Made by a program: the position numbers and the translations under genes. From positions 105,030,001 through 105,094,000 of the forward strand of contig CM059431.1 in the NCBI GenBank assembly GCA_030390025.1: a stretch of 64,000 nt of DNA. Reading direction: 5' to 3'. The number at the start of each line of letters is the position of its first letter. Within the stretch, counting starts at the first letter, position 1. Shown piece after piece: positions 47,399-59,648 of the stretch. Under the pieces are notes generated by a model. The model was not told the DNA's origin. It ran no database searches and saw only the letters and a list, made by a program, of their open reading frames with translations. The DNA is from Squalus acanthias (Eukaryota).

Positions 47399-48559
47399 CT
47401 AGAAGCGGCTTGCTATCAGCCGTTGACGGACGGCCCTTGCAGTTTCACCATTGTGGGCCGCCCTCCCGCCTTGGTGCTGCTGATGATCATCCTCCTCGTC
47501 CTCTTCCTCCTCTTCCTCCTCCTCCTCTGGTGGTGCTCCAAGGCCTGGTGGCATTGGCTGGGTCCTGAGGATTGCCATGTTATGCAACATGCAGCACACA
47601 ACTACGAAGTTGGATACTCGCTCAGGCGAGTACTGCAGGGCTCCTCCAGAACGGTCGAGACAGCGGAACCGTTGCTTCAGCACGCCGATTGTGCGCTCAA
47701 TTATGTTCCTGGTAGCTTGATGGCTCTCATTGTACCGCAGCTCAGCAGGGGTGTTGGGCGTACGGAGCGGTGTCATCAGCCAGGTGCTCAATGCATACCC
47801 CTTGTCCCCGAGAAGCCAACCAACTGGCTGATGCGGTGCCTCGAAAAGTTCTGCCACAGTAGTCTGGCGCAGGATAAAAGCATCGTGGCAGCTGCCAGGA
47901 TAGTGGGCATTGACAGTGAGTATCAGCTGTCTGTGGTCACAGACCAACTGAACCTTCAAGGAATGGAACCCCTTTCTGTTCCGGAATTCCTCGGCATTCT
48001 CATGCGGAGCACGCAAAGCCACATGCGTGCAGTCAATGGCGCCCTGCACCATGGGGAAGCCCGCTACCCTCGCAAAGCCCAGAGCGCGGTCACGCTGCTT
48101 GTCTGGGGTCATAGGGAAAGAGATGAACTCTCGTCTCCTTTTAAAGAGGGCATTTGTGACCTGCCGGATGCAGCAATGCACCGCGAACTGGGAGATATTG
48201 GCGAGGTCCCCAGCAGCAGCTTGAAATGAGTCAATAGCGTAGAAGTTGAGAGCCACTGTGACCTTCACTGCCACCGACAGAGACGTCCTGGACCTCATTT
48301 GAGGCTGCAGATCTGGCTGCAGCAGGTGGCAGAGCTCAATGACCACCTCCTTGCTGAATCGCAGCCTTCGCAAACACAGCTCCTCAGACATATGAATGTA
48401 GGAGAGCTGTTCACGATATACCCTGGGAGGGTAAGCTCTCCTGTACATACGCCTGTTGGCCCTCCTCCGTCTGGCCATCATTGCCACTCTCTCTCTGCAT
48501 CTCTGTGTCCTCCGATTCAGCTGGAGCAGGACGACGCCCCCAATCAGTGCAGCCCCCAT
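47399..48559 (-). CDS. Harbinger DDE transposase (HARBI1-like family), 386 aa from first ATG
   Basis: Uninterrupted ORF with catalytic motifs GAIDCTH, LLGDKGY, RNIIERTIGVLKQRFRCL; N-terminal HTH-like region; CCMLHN. Confidence 0.93.
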   Translation of the reverse strand: MGAALIGGVVLLQLNRRTQRCRERVAMMARRRRANRRMYRRAYPPRVYREQLSYIHMSEELCLRRLRFSKEVVIELCHLLQPDLQPQMRSRTSLSVAVKVTVALNFYAIDSFQAAAGDLANISQFAVHCCIRQVTNALFKRRREFISFPMTPDKQRDRALGFARVAGFPMVQGAIDCTHVALRAPHENAEEFRNRKGFHSLKVQLVCDHRQLILTVNAHYPGSCHDAFILRQTTVAELFEAPHQPVGWLLGDKGYALSTWLMTPLRTPNTPAELRYNESHQATRNIIERTIGVLKQRFRCLDRSGGALQYSPERVSNFVVVCCMLHNMAILRTQPMPPGLGAPPEEEEEEEEEDEEDDHQQHQGGRAAHNGETARAVRQRLIASRF

Positions 48560-48749
48560 AGTCTCTTTGCAAGCAAAGTAATGAAGGACAGCAACTAAAG
48601 TACTAGCGAAGTTAGGATCAGTAGGCAAAACTACCTCACAAAGCGTTGAGTCAATGCAGAAGTCTCTCTTTCTCTCTCTCCGAATCTCTCTCTCTCTCTC
48701 AGAACGAGTGGTGCAAAAATGTCCACCACAGAAAAAGACAGGAAGAGGC

Positions 48750-48765
48750 CCCCTTTAAATAGCGC
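48750..48765 (-). promoter_or_regulatory. TATA-like box of the transposase gene (tentative)
   Basis: TATTTAAAGGGG on minus strand ~190 bp upstream of the ATG; possible 5' UTR intron ending TTGCAAAG just before the ATG. Confidence 0.4.
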
Positions 48766-49675
48766 CCCCCCCAGCCCCACAGCGATTGATAGCGTTCCAG
48801 TCTTCCGGTCGTTGGATGCGCCAGGCGGTAAGGCAGGGGGCGCCACTCAATTTCCGCTCCGGGGCGCCACAAGGGCGTTGCACCATGGAATGACGTCACA
48901 ATCTGCGCGCGCAGGTGGTCGCAGCGGTAAGGTTTAGCGCCGCTGCACAATCTCTAGTTAAGTTCCCGAGCGGCGCAAACATTGCTGCGCCCGGGCGTTA
49001 GCGCCTTTGCGCCCCATTAGCGCCCTCTTAAGGCGCTAGCGGGAGGCGCAAACAACTGAATTTTTACCCCAAAGTTTATTGTTAGCCCTGTTAAAACATA
49101 TATATTATTTTTTCAAAAAATTAAATTTTTGTTTAAAATATTTAATTAAATAGCATTTTAATTAATTTTAAATATATAATTAAAAAAGAAATTTCTTCTG
49201 TTTGTGTATTTTTTAAGTGATCCCCATTCATACTTATGGGGATTCCGTATGTTCAGAACTCCCATAAGTATGAATGGGGATTCCCTTCTTTTATTGGCTG
49301 GGCCGGCCCACGTGATCCCAGGGGTGCTTGCGAACCGCCTGCACCCTGGGATACGTGGGGCTCTGCCCGCGCGGACCCGGAGAGGCCCAGGATCACGAGT
49401 CTGCGTACCTCCCGGGCCACCAGGTAAATGTACAGATATTTTACAGGCCGGAGGCGTCTGCCCACGGGAAACCACCGATGGCAAATGTTGGGCCAATGCC
49501 ATGAAGGATCGACAAGTGTATAAAACAAAGAGAAGACATTACAAGGTTTCACTGTGGGTACAGAGTCTCACTAGACACAAGCGGGGAGATGTGATAAGAT
49601 GATGCTGCAACACTGCAATCCTGATTCTGTGGCCCACGTGTGCATCTACCAAGGCTGCGTGTTGACAGTGGAGAA

Positions 49676-50139
49676 AAAAGAAAGGAAGACTTGCATTTAT
49701 ATAGCGCCTTTCACGACCACCGGACGTCTCAAAGCGCTTTACAGCCAACAAAGAACTTTTGTCACTGTTGTAATGTGGGAAACGCTACAGCCACTTTGCG
49801 CACAGCAAGCTCCCACAAACAGCAATGGGAAAATGACCAGATAATCTGTTTTAGTGATGTTGATTGAGGGATAAATATTGGCCAGGACACTGGGGATAAC
49901 TTCACTGCTCTTTTTCGAAATAGTGCCTTGGGATCTTTCACGTCCACCTGAGAGAGTAGGCAAAACCACTGTGTAATATCTTATCTGAAAGACGGCACCT
50001 CTGACAGTGCAGCACTCCCTCAGCACTGCACTGGAGTGTCAGCTTCGCTTTAATGTGCTCAAAGCCTCTGGAGTGGAATTTGAACCCACAACCTTTGACT
50101 CAGAGGCGAGTGTGCGACCCACTGAGCCACAGCTGACAC
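49676..50139 (-). mobile_element. Deu-SINE, full length
   Basis: tRNA head, Deu core and tail. Confidence 0.9.
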
Positions 50140-50619
50140 TGTTTTTTGTCCTTGTGGATATTGTTTGGAAGGTACACATGAAAAATGATATTACAAAGGC
50201 GGTTTCCTTATGAAGTCGATTTGATATGAATTCCTAGGTTACCGAGGGAGATGCAAACAATTAATGATCTATCACGCAGCCCTATAATATGGCTCAACTA
50301 CATCTTATTTTTCATCTCCAGGGTTTGCTGACTAGTTCTGCAGAAAACGCATTGGCTCCGAGCCTCATCTGTTCTTTCTATCTGTTCCAATCTGGCGCTG
50401 CAGTGTGCACTTAGCAGATGATGCCCTGACACGAACACTATCTGATCACCAGCTCCGTTGAGCTCATCTGCCAGCAATCAACATTCAGGAGGCATGTTAA
50501 CCAAACATCCCTCACTACTGTAAAGAGGACCAGGAAGCTATTCCAATGTAAAAACAAATGTATAAAATTGACAGTTGTTTGCGTGTAGGTGCTTTTCTCC
50601 CGATATTTTTTGCCCTGTC

Positions 50620-51010
50620 TCCATTTTAAAATTCTCATCCTTGATTTCAAATCCCTCCATGGCCTCGCCCCCCTCCTTATCTCTAACCTCGCCTAGAACC
50701 TACAACCCTTCGAGATCTCTGCGTTCCTCCAATTCTGGCCTCTTGCGCATCCCCGATTTTAATCGCTCTACCATTGGTGGCCGTGCCTTCTGTTGCCTGG
50801 GCCCTGAGCTCTGGAATTCCCTCCCTAAACCTCTCCGCCTCTCTACCTCTTTCTCATCCTTTAAGACGCTCCTTAAAACCTACCTCTTGGACCAAGCTTT
50901 TGGTCACCTGCCCTAATTTATCCTTATGTGGCTCGGTGTCAAATTTTGTCCGATAACGCTCCTGTGAAGCGCCTTGGGATGTTTAAGGCACTATATAAAT
51001 GCAAGTGGTT
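50620..51010 (+). mobile_element. L2 LINE 3' fragment
   Basis: RSLRSS...GGRAF....P.LWNSLP...FKTLLKTYL and L2 tail. Confidence 0.88.
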
Positions 51011-51098
51011 GATCTTGTTGAGGGATCAATTTTGATATAAATGCCCCATTTGTTCCCAGTGCTAATATAATGCATTGGCTCTGTGCCACTGATTCTTT

Positions 51099-53009
51099 GG
51101 GCTAATAATTCGGGGGTTTAGCGCTACCAGTTACCGCCAGATTCAGGAAAAAAGATGGCGGCCACCACACTATCGCCCGCTGCCGGCGGGTCCCGTGGTG
51201 GCTGCCATTTTCGCAGGTTGGCTACGCTCGCACAAAGTATTGTAATGAGTCGGGAGCGTGCCGTCAATCACCGTGCAACGCCGTGTTGACGCCCGCTCAT
51301 CCATTTTTGGATTTTGCCGCTCCTATTGCTGCCCTCTCCAAAGCACACCAGTGCGTGCAGCCGCTAAAAGCGCTTCGGCAGCATTAACGGCCATGAAGAG
51401 TCTGGCAGGACTTGGCAGATTGTAGACGAGGATGGAGGCGGACAAGTGGAAAACAGCACAGGCGGATGCCGGAACTTCAAACGCCTCCTTCGCAAAGGTT
51501 CTTCTTTCATACTTTAATTTTATGCCCATCAGTTGTGTGGCGGGGAGGGTTGGCCGTGGGGGGAGTTATTGCATTTTCTGGCGGCTTTCCAGTAGGCCTA
51601 CAGTGTTTGTGGATCAGTAAATCAATGGGTGAAACCTTGTGGTAAAAGCTTTTAGTTCAGAACTGAACACCTGCACAAAACTGCAAATCCCTCGGCGGAT
51701 TCCCAGCAAATAAAAAAACAAATTGCTGAAGAGCATCAGAATGGCTTGAACTCCATTGCAACGTTTGACAGTCATCTCTGATAAGATCTCTTTTATCTTT
51801 ATGATAGGGTCACCAGAACGTCACCCCCTAGCAAATCTGGACTCAACTGCTTAAGATTTTAAGGAATTATAATGAATTTATTCAAAATTCCATAACCAAT
51901 TATTTATCAAATAATTATTTTCTGTCGAGTATGCAAGACCACTAAAAGCTGGCACGATAAATACACATTTGAGCACTTTGAAGAGTAATCATTGGGGAAA
52001 GATCAGTGTTACAGAGAACGCAGATGCATTAATTTCATGAACTAATAAAAAATCAACAAACATCGCCCGTCTCCGCCCTTGCCTCAGCTCATCCGCTGCT
52101 GAAACCCTCATCCATGCCTTTGTTACCTCTAGACTTGACTATTCCAACGCACTCCTGGCTGGCCTCCCACATTCTACCCTATGTAAACTTGAGGTGATCC
52201 AAAACTCGGCTGCCCGTGTCCTAACTCGCACCAAGTCCCGTTCACTCATCACCCCCTGTGCTCTCTGACCTACATTGGCTCCCGGTTAAGCAGCGCCTCG
52301 ATTTCAAAATTCTCATCCTTGTTTTCAAATCCCTCCAAGGCCTCGCCCCTCCCTATCTCTGTAATCTGCTTCAGCTCCACAACCCCCCGAGATATCTGCG
52401 CTCCTCTAATTCTGCCCTTTTGAGGATCCCTGATTATAATCGCTCCACCATTGGTGGCCGTGCCTTCAGCTGCCTAGGGCCCTAAGCTCTGGAATTCCCT
52501 CCCTAAACCTCTCCGCCTCTCTACCTCTCTTTCCTCCTTTAAAAGGCTCCTTAAAACCTACTTCTTTGACCAAGCTTTTGGTCATCTGCCCTAATTTCTC
52601 CTTATGTGGCTCGGTGTCGAATTTTCTGTCTTATAACACTCCTGTGAAGCGCCTTGGGATGTTTTACTTTGTTAAAGGTGCTATATAAATACAAGTTGTT
52701 GTTGTTGTTGTTGTTGTTGGCAATATTTTTGTAGCAAGTATGGAAACTGTTTCGTGCCTGGCCGACAGGTTCACTCCTTTCTTCCACGTTCCCCTTCACT
52801 GCAAGCGGGACACAGATGCGACCTTTGGCCTCCTGCTGAGCTTAGCGTCGGATAGAGCACGCAACGCCACAAAATCAACGCTCCGCTGATGTTAATTAGC
52901 AGGCAGCACCAAAATACCGGTGCTGCCAGCGCTCTCTCTCGGCGGGCGGCCATTAGCCTTGGCCAGCGTTGTTATCGGCAGGTTTCCAGCATACTGGAAT
53001 TTTTAGCCC
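51099..53009. mobile_element. Possible old Harbinger-type element, or two partial ones, enclosing an L2
   Basis: Ends GGGCTAATAATTC / GAATTTTTAGCCC with TTT/TAT flanks; continuity of the interior not shown. Confidence 0.4.
52059..52719 (+). mobile_element. L2 LINE 3' fragment
   Basis: LIHAFVTSRLDYSNALL...LHWLPVKQRLDFKIL; (TGT)n tail. Confidence 0.92.
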
Positions 53010-54094
53010 TATGTCTTTAACCTCGGATTAGGTGATTTAAGAGTAGCTGCTTGATGTTTTCATTCAATCACTTGTGCAATCATACAGATTATATTTCTCA
53101 TCATTCATACCCTTGTTAGTATTGCTTTTGATCCTATTAAAGCAACTTTTGCTCCATAACCGGGATAATTCTCTTTGAAAGGCAAAGATTTTAAAGGGTC
53201 ATCTATTGGGTTTGCAATTTTGATTTCAGTTTGTCTTCCTTTTCTCACTCAAAGATCGAGAGGTTTCTCTCAATCCCTGTGTTTACAAACGTGGGTAGCA
53301 TCAATCTTGCACTGAGAGCTCTATCAAGCCACTGAGCCATAAACTAGCATTGCTAGACCAATTTCACCCAGGTTGGTAAACAGCTCGTGAGCGAAATCTC
53401 AATCTCTGATGGAACAACAAGAGAGCCTTTCAAAGAAATAGACAAATACGACAATGCGCTAGCGCACTGAGGTGCAGCGCCACGGAGTCATAGATGCCCC
53501 AGTTCCTAAAGATGTGGCATTAGGTTGATGTACCAATTGAAGACCAGACTGTCCATACAGGGAAGGAAAGAAAATGAAAGCTCTCATAAGCGAACAGAAA
53601 AATTACATAGAATTACATGGAATTTACAGCACAGAGACAGGCCTTTCGGCCCAACCTGTCTATGCCGGCGTTTATGCTCCACACGAGCCTCCTCCCACCC
53701 CTCTTCCTCTAAGCAAAGTGATGATTGGAAACGCTTTCGGCCTCTGGAAATGGACATTGGCGTTGGGGAACCATGAAGAGAGGCGAGAAAAATACGCCCT
53801 TCACCCAAATACAAAATACTTGGCAGACGAGCATCTTGAATCAAAATAAATAGTCAACACCGACTCGAGGACTCATTAGTCTTCACGTTGCTTGAAATGA
53901 TACAAATGAGCTACCTCGATAGGTGAGACAGTGAGTTGCTGAGTCGCACAGATCAGAACGTCCCAGATTCGAGCGTCAGCATACGGTGTGCTAATTGGCC
54001 AGGGCAGTGCTACAGTGGGCCTCAGTGCCCATGTGTTAGCCAGAGGCGTATCAGTGCTCTGGCTGATGGTTATTCAGTGACCATCGCTGAACAG

Positions 54095-54741
54095 CTTTCT
54101 TGAAGCTGTTAAAAAACCATACGGGACCCTAGGCTTTATAAATAGAGGCATAGAGTACAAAAACAAGGAAGTTATGCTAAACTGTTATAAAACACCGATT
54201 AGGCCTCTATTGGAGTACTGTGTCCAATTCTGGGCACCACACTTTAGGAAGGATGTCAAAGCCTTGGAGTGAGATTTACTAGAATGGTACCAGGGATGAG
54301 GGACTTCAGCTTTGTGGAGCGACTAGAGAAGCTGGGATTGTTCTCCTCAGAGCAGAGAAGGTTAAGGGAAGATTTAACAGAGGTGTTCAAAATTACAAAG
54401 GGTTTTGTTTGAGTAAATAAGGAGAAACTGCTTTCACTGGTAGGAGTGTCGGTAACCAGGGAACACAGATTTACGATAATTGGCAAAAGAGCCAGGGGAG
54501 AGATGAGGAGAATTTTTTTTTACACTGTGAGTTGCTGTGATCTGGAATGTGCTGCCTGAAAGGGCGGTGGAAGCAGATTCAATAGTAACTTTCAAAAGGG
54601 AATTAGATAAATACTTTAAAAATGAAAAAATTGCTATGGGGAAAGAGCAGAGGAGTAGGACTAATTGGATAGCTCTTAGAAAGAGCCGGCACAAGCTCGA
54701 TGGGCCCAATAGCCTCCTTTTGTGCTGTATGATTCTATGAC
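54095..54741 (+). mobile_element. CR1 LINE 3' fragment
   Basis: ORF2 C-terminus and CR1 tail. Confidence 0.88.
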
Positions 54742-55454
54742 CACTGTTGGAATGTGTGCGTGTAGGGCGAGGACGAAATTAAGCTTGGCTGTGATGCCCT
54801 CCTGCGGTCTAATTGCGGTCTCTCAGCTCACACATGAATAACCGAGATTTGGACAAGGTACTAGAGATTAAACGGCACCCATAGAAGCATCCCTGGCAGG
54901 GGTTAAATCCTTCAAGAGAGATGGAGAGAAAGCTGCCACAAAAAGGAGGGGGAAAAAAATCAAAATAATGCCATGAACAATTTAGAATTTTTTCACCCTC
55001 TATGCTGTGATTGGCCAGACTATTAACCCATGAGGTTCATGCAAGGAACAACAAAGGACAAATTATTACACTGACCTCTCACCTACAGATGTGCTCATTT
55101 GTGTGCAGCTGTTGGAAATACTTTAAAATGTACCATTGGTTTTTTGGACTTGTTTGGAGTTAGTGGACATTCGGAGATTCACATTCAGCTGAAACCACAC
55201 ATGTTACTCATTGCCCATCAAAATAATCAAAAGCAATGCTTGGGAAAGAATACTGCTTGCAATTCAGTGAAAGGCCCAGGTCACTGCACCTTCGACAGCA
55301 AGATAGAGTCAATTAGCAGCTAATCAATGTGAAGGTTATTCCTTCTCACATCTAAATTGGGTACTTCATCAAACTATTAAACAGAGAGATCGCACCAACA
55401 TTGTTCAATCTCTGAGCAAGACTGAAAGTAAAAATGGAAATCTCTTACTGAAGT

Positions 55455-55820
55455 TACATTACATACATGCATTACATGCACAGAAACAGGCCATTCGGCC
55501 CAACTGCTCCGTGCCGGTGTTTCTGCTCCACACCAGCCTCTTCCACCCCTCTTCATCTCACCCTATCAGTATAACCTTCTATTTCTTTCTCCCTCATGTA
55601 CTTATCCAGCTTCCCCTTAAATACACCTATGCTATTCGCCTCAACTACTCCATATGGTAGCGAGTTCCACATTCTCACCACTGTCTGGGTAAACAAGTTT
55701 CTCCAGAATTCCTTGTTGGATTTATCAGTGACTGCCTTATATTTATGACCCCTAGTTTTGGATTAACCCACAAGTGGAAGCATCTTCTCAACGTTTACCC
55801 TATCGAGCCCCTTCATAATT
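55455..55820 (-). mobile_element. CR1 LINE 3' fragment
   Basis: Reverse complement of CR1 3' end. Confidence 0.85.
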
Positions 55821-57142
55821 AACATTAATCTCTTGTTTGATTACAATCGTCTCCATGTGCACAGAGAATTAATCTATATAATCCATAAATTCAGGTAAAA
55901 GTGCTGATTTAGATAAAAAGTTAGCCGTTATCCTGAATCATATCAGCAAATCTAGAGGCCAATTTATACCTCAGCTCCATAAAGATCACATTCAGATCTT
56001 CAGGTCAGAATGATTCTGACTGAAGGTGAATTGAAGGTTTCCCCTGAATCAGTTCACGCATTAAGCAGAATAAATGACCTGCTCAACAATGGCACTAAGA
56101 TTTTTTGTGTCTCCCATGGAAATTGACAAGAGATTTGTATCCGGTGTTTACACCAGCCTAGGGCAAATGTCCTGTTTCACAGCCCCAGCCAACTCCACAG
56201 CGAAACATGTCACATCTTTTAATCGTAACCACCATGAGAGTTAAGAGCTCCACACTCCACACGCCGACTTGTTGGTGCAATTAAGATACATGTTAATGCG
56301 GCGCTGGCATAAAGAAACTAAACTCCCAGCTCCCGCAGCCAAGAAATCCTGCTATTTTTAGACATGTGGGAGCAGTTGAACGAGTTTCTATACAAGCTGG
56401 TCTATTGTGCTGCACTCGGAGCAGGATAGGATTTAATATTAAGACGTGCGCGTGAAAATTTCTCAAGCGCAGTAAATTCACCAATTTCTTTTCAAACTTA
56501 AAGCTGCATTATCCACAATTAAATTTGCAAAAACAATAATCAAATACTTTGAAAGACAATTATTAATGAAACGTGACAATTTCTGATTCAAAAACAAAAG
56601 CCAAAAATATTTTCAAATGTCTTTCGTCTTGGCACTTTGATCATTTTTCTCTTGCTCTCTCTCAAACTGATGTTTTCCATAAAATAATTTAGGCATGGCC
56701 GTCAAAATTCAGACTGTACTCAGTTTTGAGAAGGATGAACTTCAGTTCTGGTTTTCCCAATATGTGTACAATGTGATTGACAGGTAGGAGTGTGAGCAAT
56801 GCGGACGTACAAAGCAATAGCAGAAGAGTCACACCAACAGGCTCTCCATTTTAATAACACAGAAATGAAATGATGGGAGTGAGATTTCAGCAGGATCTGT
56901 TTATTCGGGAGACACTGCTAATTTTAGACCTGGGCTTGATCAAAGTGGTGTAGGGAGTGGAGTGGAGTGGGGATGATGGGGGGAGATGGGGTGGGTGGGG
57001 GGGGCGGAGGGGAAGGACATTCTGTGGGGGCATATCAGGCTAGAATCAAATAGGGAAGTAGTGGGGGTTGATGAATATTCTGAGCTTTTGTGTGACGACC
57101 TCAGGGCATAGGTTTTCCTCAAGTCGCCCCTGAGGCCCAATG

Positions 57143-57492
57143 ACAACAGCAACAACTTGTACTTATATAGCACCTTTAATGTAGTAAAATGTCCCCAAGG
57201 TGCTTCACAGGAGCATTATCAGACAAAATTTGACACCGAGCCACATAAAGAGATATTAGGTGACCAAAAGGTTGGTCAAAGAGATAGGATTTAAGGAGCG
57301 TCTTAAAGGATGAGGGAGAGAGGTAGAGAGGCGGTTAGCATTAGGGAGGGAATTCCAGAGCTTAAGGTCTAGGCAGCTGAAGGCATGACCACCAATGGTG
57401 GGGCGAAGGGAGTGGTGGCTGCACTAGAGGGCAGAATTGGAGGAACCCAGAGTTCTTGGAGGGTTGTAGGGCTGGAGGAGGTTACAGAGATA
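57143..57492 (-). mobile_element. L2 LINE 3' fragment
   Basis: (ACA)n then reverse L2 tail. Confidence 0.85.
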
Positions 57493-58338
57493 TGATTTTT
57501 GGGGAGGGGCAGAATGGCCACCAACAATGCAAAATAGACAAGAAGCATGGCAGGAAGTGACGGACAGAGTCCACCATATCTCCATGACTTAGAAAGATCT
57601 GCAGAACTTTCTCAGATTACGGCTGGGATACAATCGCTGACCGGGTAGATTGTACAGGATTTGTGTAAAGAGTGGACTTGATGGGCTGAATTCCATTCTT
57701 CATTATATTTTCAATTAAAGGCTGAGTTGTCCATTGGAGTTTCATTTAAGTCCTGCAGTTCCGATTGGTAAAACCTTGAGGCACTCATGGGAATAATGTT
57801 GAGTGCGCATTGCAAAATCTTGTTATTTTAATTTGTGCTGGGGCAGGGTGGTGGGGCGGGGGGAGGATGAGGGAAGTAGTCCTGACTGCTGATGAGGAAA
57901 TCTTGAGTCAATGGTCATGGGCAAGTACAGAGGATGAACCTTCCTTTGGGGTAGGGGGGTGATGAATAGTGAAAGGCCTTTTGGGGGGGGGGGGGGAAGA
58001 AAGAAACGGGAACAGGAAGAAATCCAGAAATAAACCTTCAATGCAAAGCAAAAGTTATCCTATTCCATCTGTTGGAATAGTACATGACCCCATGGATTGT
58101 CAAACTTTCAAAATTTTGGATATTCTGTGTAAATTGCACGAATATATATATATTTCTACAGTCAAATGCATTACTTTAGTAGCATCGGTAAATTTAGAAT
58201 TTTTAGGTGCCTTGTTTTGAGCAGAATTTCAAATCGATTCTTGGGTTTTCGATGGTGGAATTAATTGGGATGCTATAATTGGCCTCAACGATTAGAGAGG
58301 GCAGAATAAAGGTAGGATTGCAACTCCTGATAGTTATT

Positions 58339-59080
58339 GGCCCAGAAATTGATCTCGCTCTGTTCCCGCGGGGGTAAGGCTTCCCCGCGATCTCTCACTC
58401 CGCGTTGGCTTTTTCAGATCCAGCTCGCACGAACTTGATGTTCCAGACATCAGCTGGGCAGTGCTTGCGTATCCCACCGGCGTAGTGAATTCGTGCGCGC
58501 TGTGGGATCACGTGACTCAGTTAGAGCCAATGGCAGCACACCATCTTCCATTCATAAGTTTCACATACGTGCTATGAAATCTATGAATCTTACACCCCCC
58601 CAAAATAACAGCTAAACCTCAATTAAATTTAAAAAAAACCATCACATTAATAAAATAAGCATAGTTAAATAAATTAACCATTTTAAATAAAAAATTAAAT
58701 TTTTGAAAAAATGTAAAATCTTTTATAAAGTTATAAAAATAAACTTACCTGTCTTTAAAGTCTCTAAAAAAGATATACCTGTTAAAAAAAATTCAAAAAA
58801 ATACTTAATTCACTACTTACCTTGTTAAAAGTGGGTCTTACTCCTCCTTTTTCCATTTCTAAAATCTTCCGTCCTTACCTGCGCGTCCAAAGCACGAAGT
58901 GCACAGCGTGCGCGCAGCCTGTAGCGCGCACGCGATGCACCGAGGAACCGCCCCCTTTTCAAAAGACCAAGTGCCGGTTTTCAGCGCATGCGCAGGGCAT
59001 GCAGAAAACCGGCAATTGGAGAGAGAATACGCGAGAGTACGCAGTGCGTACTCTCGCGCAGCGGGATGAATTTTTGGCCC
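58339..59080 (+). mobile_element. MITE family B, copy 3
   Basis: TIR GGCCCAGAAATT/AATTTTTGGCCC; homologous to B1. Confidence 0.85.
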
Positions 59081-59117
59081 AATAAGTGACACTTCCTGGA
59101 AAGTGTGCACGCATGGT

Positions 59118-59648
59118 GCTCTCTTGGTCAGCCTCCCACCTTCCGTAAACTTAAGCTCATCCAAAACTCTGCTGCCTGAATCTCAACTCTCATCCAGTCC
59201 CATTCACCCATCACCCCTGTGTTCACTGACTTACATTGGCTCCCGGTCTGGCAACACTTCTAATTTAGAATTCTCATCCTTGTGGTCTAATCCCTTCATA
59301 GCTTCACCCCTCCCTATCTCTGTAACCTCCTCCGGCCCTACAACCCTCCGAGAGCTCTGCGTTCCTCCAATTCTGGACTCTTGCACATCCCCCCACTCCC
59401 TTCGCCCCACCATTGGCGGCCGTGTCTTCAGCTGCCTGGGCCCTAAGCTCGGGAATTCCCTCCCTAATGCTAACCACCTCTCCGCCTCTCTCTCCTCCTT
59501 TACGACGCTCCTTAAATCCTACCTCACCCGTCCTAGTATCTCCTTAGGTGACTCGGTGTCAAATTTTGTCTGGTAACGCACCTGGGAAGCGCCTTGGGAC
59601 GTTTTACTACATTAAAGGCGCTGTATAAATGCAAGTTGTTGTTGTTGT
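59118..59648 (+). mobile_element. L2 LINE 3' fragment
   Basis: L2 C-terminus and (TGT)n tail. Confidence 0.88.

Larger units (their letters stand above)
44908..49070. mobile_element. Full-length autonomous PIF/Harbinger DNA transposon (4163 bp)
   Basis: TIR GGGGGAAAAATT / AATTTTTACCCC, AAA TSD (44905-44907, 49071-49073), convergent Myb-like and DDE transposase genes. Confidence 0.93.
43488..49494 (-). mobile_element. MITE family A, copy 4, split into 43488-43827 and 49071-49494 by nested insertions
   Basis: Halves join at the duplicated AAAGTTTATTG (43817-43827, 49071-49081); homologous to the reverse complement of A2. Confidence 0.85.

Noticed and set aside
47294..48229. 311-aa plus-strand ORF
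   Set aside because: Antisense shadow of the GC-rich transposase ORF with no recognisable motifs
47399..48628. Host HARBI1 gene
   Set aside because: Flanked by TIRs and a TSD, paired with a Myb gene and nested in young repeats, so a transposon copy; the track's 48628 start is a non-ATG codon
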